Notes under the pieces: model-generated | What the model saw: only the letters and a program-made list of their open reading frames with translations | Told to the model about the DNA's origin: nothing | Databases searched by the model: none | Source: Deltaproteobacteria bacterium RIFCSPHIGHO2_02_FULL_44_16 | GTDB taxonomy: Bacteria > UBA10199 > 2-02-FULL-44-16 | DNA: 64,000 nucleotides | NCBI GenBank assembly: GCA_001798185.1 | Contig: MGRM01000012.1 | Location: 88,120-152,119, forward strand | Reading direction: 5' to 3' | Made by a program: the position numbers and the translations under genes | Shown here: positions 59,409 to 64,000 of the stretch, piece after piece | Layout of the letters: each line of letters starts with the position of its first letter | Position numbering within the stretch: the first letter of the stretch is position 1

Positions 59409-60542
59409 TTAACGCGTCGCCAAATAGTGTCCAAGAAGTGGGTCCGAAATACGATAGCCTTTTTCAAGTTCATACTCGATCAGACCTCGATCAAGAAGTT
59501 TCTTCATGATTTTTCCAACACTCGATTTTGAAGTGTTGACCAATTTCAAAAACATTTCTGAATGCGGCTCCAAGGTAAAGCGCTGTCTCGCAAGAGCACT
59601 CATCACACCACACTCTTTCTCTGTGTAACTCTGAAGCAAATACGCATAGCTCTGTTTGCTTTCGACCATTTTATCCAATTCCTGTTTCAAGTGTCCTATC
59701 GTGAATGTCGTTCCTGGAGCAATATTCTCAAGAAGCCATGCTCCAAACTCACAAATAGCATTTGGAACATCGCAAAGAGTTTCGAGGATCCATTCCATTT
59801 CTTCTTGATGAAGAAGAATCTTTTTTGGTTTCATTCGCTCGCGGAAATAGACAAGCCAATCTTGAAGAGGAATAGGGCCCAAATGAACTTCATCACCATA
59901 GTGAAAAAGAGGAGCATGTGCATCTTGAAACATAAGCGTCAGCAAATGACGCTTTGAACCGAGTATAAAAACCGCAGTATCCCCAAGTTCCTGAAGAAGA
60001 CTTCGAAAGAGAGCTTCTGCTTCAGGAACAAAAGTAATATCAGGAAACTCATCCAAAATAATCATTGTGGGATATTTACGAGAAAGCTCTTTGACAGTTT
60101 CCATAAAGTGCAGCATTTCTCCTTTTGCTTCTTTTGTTTTGGATATGAGTGACAGTGATGGCTGACCCGTTACGGAATCCATTTCTACTTGCAATGAAAG
60201 TCCGCGCAGATAATCTCCAACATCTCTCAGAAGCGTTTTCACAGGAAAGCGTTGAGAAAGAGCAAAAGAAACACCGTGGTGAAATCTTTTTGCGATGGAT
60301 TCAAGACTTTGAACTCCCATCAGATCAAAAAAAAGAACAAGATGACGACGACTTAAGGAAAAAAAGGCAGTTCCAATGACATTTTTCACCAGAGATGTTT
60401 TTCCATACCGTCGTGGAGCAAAAACAATGGTGCGTTTTTTAGCTTTCGCTCGCTTGAGCAAATCAGTTTGCTCCAACTTTCTATCGCAAAGATCATCTGT
60501 TTCAATAAGGACATCGTATTTAAAATTCTTGTTTGGTTTCAT
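59409..60542 (-). CDS. AAA-type ATPase with C-terminal winged-helix domain (PF01637 'archaeal ATPase' / DUF234-like)
   Basis: Walker A APRRYGKTSL; Walker B IILDEF. Confidence 0.55.
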   Translation of the reverse strand: MKPNKNFKYDVLIETDDLCDRKLEQTDLLKRAKAKKRTIVFAPRRYGKTSLVKNVIGTAFFSLSRRHLVLFFDLMGVQSLESIAKRFHHGVSFALSQRFPVKTLLRDVGDYLRGLSLQVEMDSVTGQPSLSLISKTKEAKGEMLHFMETVKELSRKYPTMIILDEFPDITFVPEAEALFRSLLQELGDTAVFILGSKRHLLTLMFQDAHAPLFHYGDEVHLGPIPLQDWLVYFRERMKPKKILLHQEEMEWILETLCDVPNAICEFGAWLLENIAPGTTFTIGHLKQELDKMVESKQSYAYLLQSYTEKECGVMSALARQRFTLEPHSEMFLKLVNTSKSSVGKIMKKLLDRGLIEYELEKGYRISDPLLGHYLATR

Positions 60543-60571
60543 GTTCTTTTTGTAACAAAAAGGAAGCTATT

Positions 60572-60619
60572 TGTCCACTAAAAGTGGTCCACTTTTAATG
60601 GACCACTAAAAGTGGTCCA
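60572..60619. promoter_or_regulatory. two copies of a palindromic motif between the paralogous ATPase genes
   Basis: TGTCCACTAAAAGTGGTCCA and GGACCACTAAAAGTGGTCCA 28 bp apart, each containing CCACTAAAAGTGG. Confidence 0.5.
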
Positions 60620-60670
60620 ATTCATCAAGATTTTACAAAGCAACTTTTCTGGTGAATTTCTGAAGAAATA

Positions 60671-61798
60671 TCACCGAAACTTTTTCAGGAAATAAAAAAG
60701 CAGAGGATCAGCAATACAGAATCCTTCTTCATTCCTTTCAATCACTGATTTATCAAGAAAGGAAGAAATGGTAAGACTTATAGTTCGCGCCGTAGAATGT
60801 ATCTCTTTTAAAAAAACCTGGCTCGTAGGATGTTTGATCGGTCCAAATTTTGCCAAAGCAACAAGAATCTCTTCTTCTTTTTCGGAAAAATGTGAAAGCC
60901 ACTCTTCAAAACGACTTCGACGTTTTTCAAGTACATGATCAATGGATTGGAAAATATCCTGTGGTTCAATCTTTTTTCGTTCGTGGTTTTCACAAAGATC
61001 AGCACAAACAATATTGATCGATTCTGGAATACGGAAAAGAGCATCCTGAAGTTCTCGTGCTGTTGGAAAATCGATCTTAAGTTTTCGGAAGTGAAAACGC
61101 TCTGAAATATATTGATGATAGACTTCATACGCAATCTTTTCAAATTCAAGATCTTCACCAAATGATGCGAGGGGAGCATTTGGTTTTGCAAAAAGTTGCG
61201 AAAGAATATGTTTTTTTGATCCCATCAGAATAAGCGGGATTTTTCGCAATTCCTGAAATGCTTGTCGAAACAGTCCCTGCGCTTCCGGTATAAGAGCAAT
61301 ATCCTGAAATTCATCCAGAACAAGAAGAACTGACATGTTCTTTGAAATTTTTTTATTGATAATAGTAAAGATTTCAAGAAATGAAATTGATTTTTTATCT
61401 CGTGAGATTCCAAGTGAAAGCGTTGGCGATCCCGTAAGTGAATCAAAACTCACTTCGGGCCTTAATTGTGACAAAAACTGCTTTGTCAACGCCACAAGAT
61501 TTTTTGCCGGAAAGGCAGAACTAAAAGCGGATTCAAAACCGATCTGTATTCTTTGATGAATGGATTCAAGACTCTTGACCTCCATTAAATCGACAAAAAG
61601 GGCAAAGCTTTTGGAATGTTTTTTTTGAAAATAGGGAATCACAACATTTTTGACAAGAGAGGTTTTTCCAGTATTTCGCGCACCACAAACCACAAATTTC
61701 TTCTTTTGGAGCACTCCTTGTTGGAGCATTTTCTTTTCTCTCTCGAGATTACAGATATTTTCTTCATCCAAAAGTGTATCGTAAAAAAACCCTTTCAT
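60671..61798 (-). CDS. AAA-type ATPase, paralog of the gene at 59409-60542
   Basis: Walker A GARNTGKTSL; LVLDEF; colinear with the paralog. Confidence 0.55.
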   Translation of the reverse strand: MKGFFYDTLLDEENICNLEREKKMLQQGVLQKKKFVVCGARNTGKTSLVKNVVIPYFQKKHSKSFALFVDLMEVKSLESIHQRIQIGFESAFSSAFPAKNLVALTKQFLSQLRPEVSFDSLTGSPTLSLGISRDKKSISFLEIFTIINKKISKNMSVLLVLDEFQDIALIPEAQGLFRQAFQELRKIPLILMGSKKHILSQLFAKPNAPLASFGEDLEFEKIAYEVYHQYISERFHFRKLKIDFPTARELQDALFRIPESINIVCADLCENHERKKIEPQDIFQSIDHVLEKRRSRFEEWLSHFSEKEEEILVALAKFGPIKHPTSQVFLKEIHSTARTISLTISSFLDKSVIERNEEGFCIADPLLFYFLKKFR

Positions 61799-61958
61799 AG
61801 AAACCTCCCCCTTGAAAATTTTATACTGTTAGTATAATACAAAAAGTATAATATCAAGAGTATCTTTGTAGAAAATGGGGTTGCTTCAAGTAAAGATATT
61901 CAAAGCAACTTTCTGACGTTAGCGTCGAGACAATAAAAGCAAAACAAAGGAGATTTTT

Positions 61959-63224
61959 ATGCGTGCAATTGGTGACAGCACAATAGTTGTAAGAGGACCT
62001 CAGATAGGAGAACATATGATCTTTTTACCTTCTGCGGGACAAAAAGTTTCACAGCACGAGATAACAGCTTCTCTTCGAGAAGCTATTCCAACGCTCAGTA
62101 CTTCTGAAGCCTTGAGCATTGTAGAAGCAATTGATCATGAAGAAGGAGTTGGCCAAGGCGATGGTTATTTAACGATAAAGAACAATTCATCGATAAACAA
62201 TTTTCGAAATCTCGTCGAACTTCGACTCTGCACATTCTCCGATGAAGCTTATGATAAAAGAACTTGCCGATGGAGTGATATTTCCGCAGTTGAACAGACT
62301 CTACGTCAAAAACTGATTGATCCACATCTCGTCGATGAAGAGCCTCTGACAACTTCTGAGCTTGCTCAAAAAATTGTTCAACGAGCAAAATTTCTTGGCC
62401 ATGAACCAAAATTACTTGGCAATGAAATAACTCTTCATGAAGCGCATCAAATAGCGGTCGCTGTCCAACAAGAAGAAGATTCCATAGACGGACTCATTAC
62501 TCCTCGCTCTTCCGATGCAGCGTCCAAAGCACAATTGCGAGATCTCATTACTGCTCGACTTCCAATGTATGCAGGAAATGAAAACATTATTACTGCCCTG
62601 TCAGCTGCACTGGATCCTTCTATTGCTTTGTACATCCCCAATGAAAATCAAATTGAAGATTCGGATCTACCACCTCTCTATGTCGGAGCGACAATGGTTA
62701 TGCCCACCGATACAGAAGGACTTCTGCAACTCATTACAGTACTCCAGGCGCAAGGAGGAAGGACTGCAGCGATTTCCCTGGGAGGGTTAAGATCCATGTT
62801 AATCGGAAGCACAGAAGCGCTTGCTCGCGCACCGAGGGAATTTTTTTATGCTCTTGGACAAGCTCTCGTATATGCGCGCAGAATTCATCCTGATCAAGCA
62901 TTTGCCAGCTTTGTTACAGCAACTTCTTACCGCATCAGCACACTTCTTCCTTCAACATCTTACGGTTCGATAACACAACCGAAACTTTTAGCACGGTTAG
63001 TAAGCCTTTCAGCCCTTACTCTTCGTGCGGAAATGACAAATATAATGTTGAGAGGGCAAGCAGTTACACCGATTGTTCTTATCAATGCTCAGCAAGTCAA
63101 TCAACAAGTGGCAAATAGTACCGGGATACCATTAGCACGCGCTGCGGTTTTGGTCACGGGAGCTTTTATATTCGGCTTTGGAATTGGTGCTACTGTTTGT
63201 TATTTCAACAGAGATGACGAATAA
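61959..63224 (+). CDS. hypothetical protein (421 aa) with a C-terminal hydrophobic segment
   Basis: ORF only. Confidence 0.35.
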   Translation: MRAIGDSTIVVRGPQIGEHMIFLPSAGQKVSQHEITASLREAIPTLSTSEALSIVEAIDHEEGVGQGDGYLTIKNNSSINNFRNLVELRLCTFSDEAYDKRTCRWSDISAVEQTLRQKLIDPHLVDEEPLTTSELAQKIVQRAKFLGHEPKLLGNEITLHEAHQIAVAVQQEEDSIDGLITPRSSDAASKAQLRDLITARLPMYAGNENIITALSAALDPSIALYIPNENQIEDSDLPPLYVGATMVMPTDTEGLLQLITVLQAQGGRTAAISLGGLRSMLIGSTEALARAPREFFYALGQALVYARRIHPDQAFASFVTATSYRISTLLPSTSYGSITQPKLLARLVSLSALTLRAEMTNIMLRGQAVTPIVLINAQQVNQQVANSTGIPLARAAVLVTGAFIFGFGIGATVCYFNRDDE

Positions 63225-64000
63225 GTTTCTCACCAGCTTCTTTCCCAAGTTCTTTTGCTTTCGATTTCTTTCCCTTTTTCTGAACTGAGAAAAATTTTTC
63301 CCCTTTGGCACCAGCGAGAAAAGCGTTCAAAAGAATTTCATCTCCTTGCACTCGCGCATAAGCACCAACGGGAGTGTGGCAGTCGCCACCGATGGCTTGA
63401 AGTAAAGCTCGTTCGGCTTCGGTTGCAATCCAGGTCTCTTCGTCGTTAAAAAGTTTTTGAAGAACTCTTATCAGTGCTTGATCATTCTCTCGAGTTTCAA
63501 GTGCAAGCGTTCCTTGCCCGATGGCCGGAATGAAACGAAAAGTTTCAAGGTATTCAAAATGCACGATATGCTGGCTGCTGTGAAAGTTGTTAAGAATGTC
63601 ATCGCGAGCCCGAAGGGCGTGGCGATCTCCTGAAAGCACTGTCTGCATGAGATTGCTTCGTCCCCTTCGTTTCTTCTCAGGGTCCTCGCAATGACCTTCA
63701 GACTCTAATATTCCAAGCCGCTTGAGTCCTGCTGCCGCAAGAACAATGGCATCAAACTCTCCTGCTTCAAGTTTTTTAAGTCGGGTATCGACATTGCCGC
63801 GCATCGGAACAATTTCAAGATCAGGGCGCAGTCGCTGTAACTGAATCCGCCGGCGAGGACTCGATGTTCCGAGCTTCGCTCCCTGAGGCAACATCGGTAG
63901 GGGCACACGGCCGTGCGCCCCTACATCAGTAGGGCCACATACTATCACGACATCCCTTGCATCCTCACGCTTAGGTGTGCACGCAATTGTCAGTCCTTTT
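63205..64000 (-). CDS. hemC: porphobilinogen deaminase (partial; N-terminus lies beyond the window end); carries an in-frame family-3 repeat
   Basis: LGTSSPRRRIQLQRLRPDLEIVPMRGNVDTRLKKL, AIVLAAAGLKRLG and IPAIGQG match HemC; the ORF is open to the window edge. Confidence 0.8.
   Translation of the reverse strand, partial: KGLTIACTPKREDARDVVIVCGPTDVGAHGRVPLPMLPQGAKLGTSSPRRRIQLQRLRPDLEIVPMRGNVDTRLKKLEAGEFDAIVLAAAGLKRLGILESEGHCEDPEKKRRGRSNLMQTVLSGDRHALRARDDILNNFHSSQHIVHFEYLETFRFIPAIGQGTLALETRENDQALIRVLQKLFNDEETWIATEAERALLQAIGGDCHTPVGAYARVQGDEILLNAFLAGAKGEKFFSVQKKGKKSKAKELGKEAGEKLIRHLC
63598..63695. repeat. family-3 repeat, copy d, in-frame inside hemC
   Basis: GTCATCGCGAGCCCGAAGGGCGTGGCGATCTCC...CCTCGCAATGAC; encodes ...LSGDRHALRARDD... 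in a region absent from canonical HemC. Confidence 0.8.

Noticed and set aside
1-64000. CRISPR array
   Set aside because: The repeats found are dispersed palindromic elements of four different families. None is regularly spaced with unique spacers, and no cas genes are present.

Overview
A ~64 kb chromosomal segment (about 45% GC) from a diderm bacterium, judged diderm from the presence of MlaDEF, an outer-membrane beta-barrel candidate and lipoproteins. Phylum cannot be assigned from sequence alone. The conserved backbone includes uvrA, two apbE paralogs, the pyrE-pyrF-hpt operon, ssb, trxB, comM, addAB-like helicase-nuclease genes, dksA, tsaC, purE, purD, purH, mlaFED, alr, pgi, purF-purL-purQ-purS-purB, hemD and hemC (the last is partial), plus tRNA-Leu(TAA) and tRNA-Cys(GCA). 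Four families of short MITE/REP-like palindromic repeats are layered on this. Family 1 has about 60-85 bp double-hairpin units (GTCATTCCCGCGAAGGCGGGAATC ... GGATCCCCGC..GAGGATGACA). Family 2 is about 150 bp. Family 3 is about 90-160 bp (GTCATCGCGAGCCCGGAGGGCGTGGCGATC ... CTCGCAATGACATAC). Family 4 is about 100 bp and sits in the centre of palindromes. There is also a REP-associated tyrosine transposase (RAYT) with its own REP palindromes. Three repeat copies are inserted in-frame inside conserved housekeeping genes (uvrA, purH, hemC). The most unusual locus, at 10.9-17.1 kb, is a tightly packed minus-strand operon. It encodes four tandem paralogous ~66-aa peptides that resemble NHLP/Nif11-type RiPP leader domains, a membrane protease with two cNMP-binding domains fused to an M50 domain, a trans-isoprenyl-diphosphate-synthase-like protein, a BNR/Ycf48-like propeller and an indoleamine-2,3-dioxygenase homolog. 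This is a candidate undescribed peptide-modification system. Other accessory content: a purD/purH-disrupting islet with a HEPN/MNT pair and a gene carrying a (TTGAG)7 pentanucleotide tract that is probably phase-variable; Phd/RelE and RHH/RelE toxin-antitoxin pairs with operators; a 2-gene cassette bounded by a duplicated purF 3' end; and two tandem PF01637-type ATPase paralogs flanking a palindromic operator. No CRISPR array, rRNA or prophage was seen.
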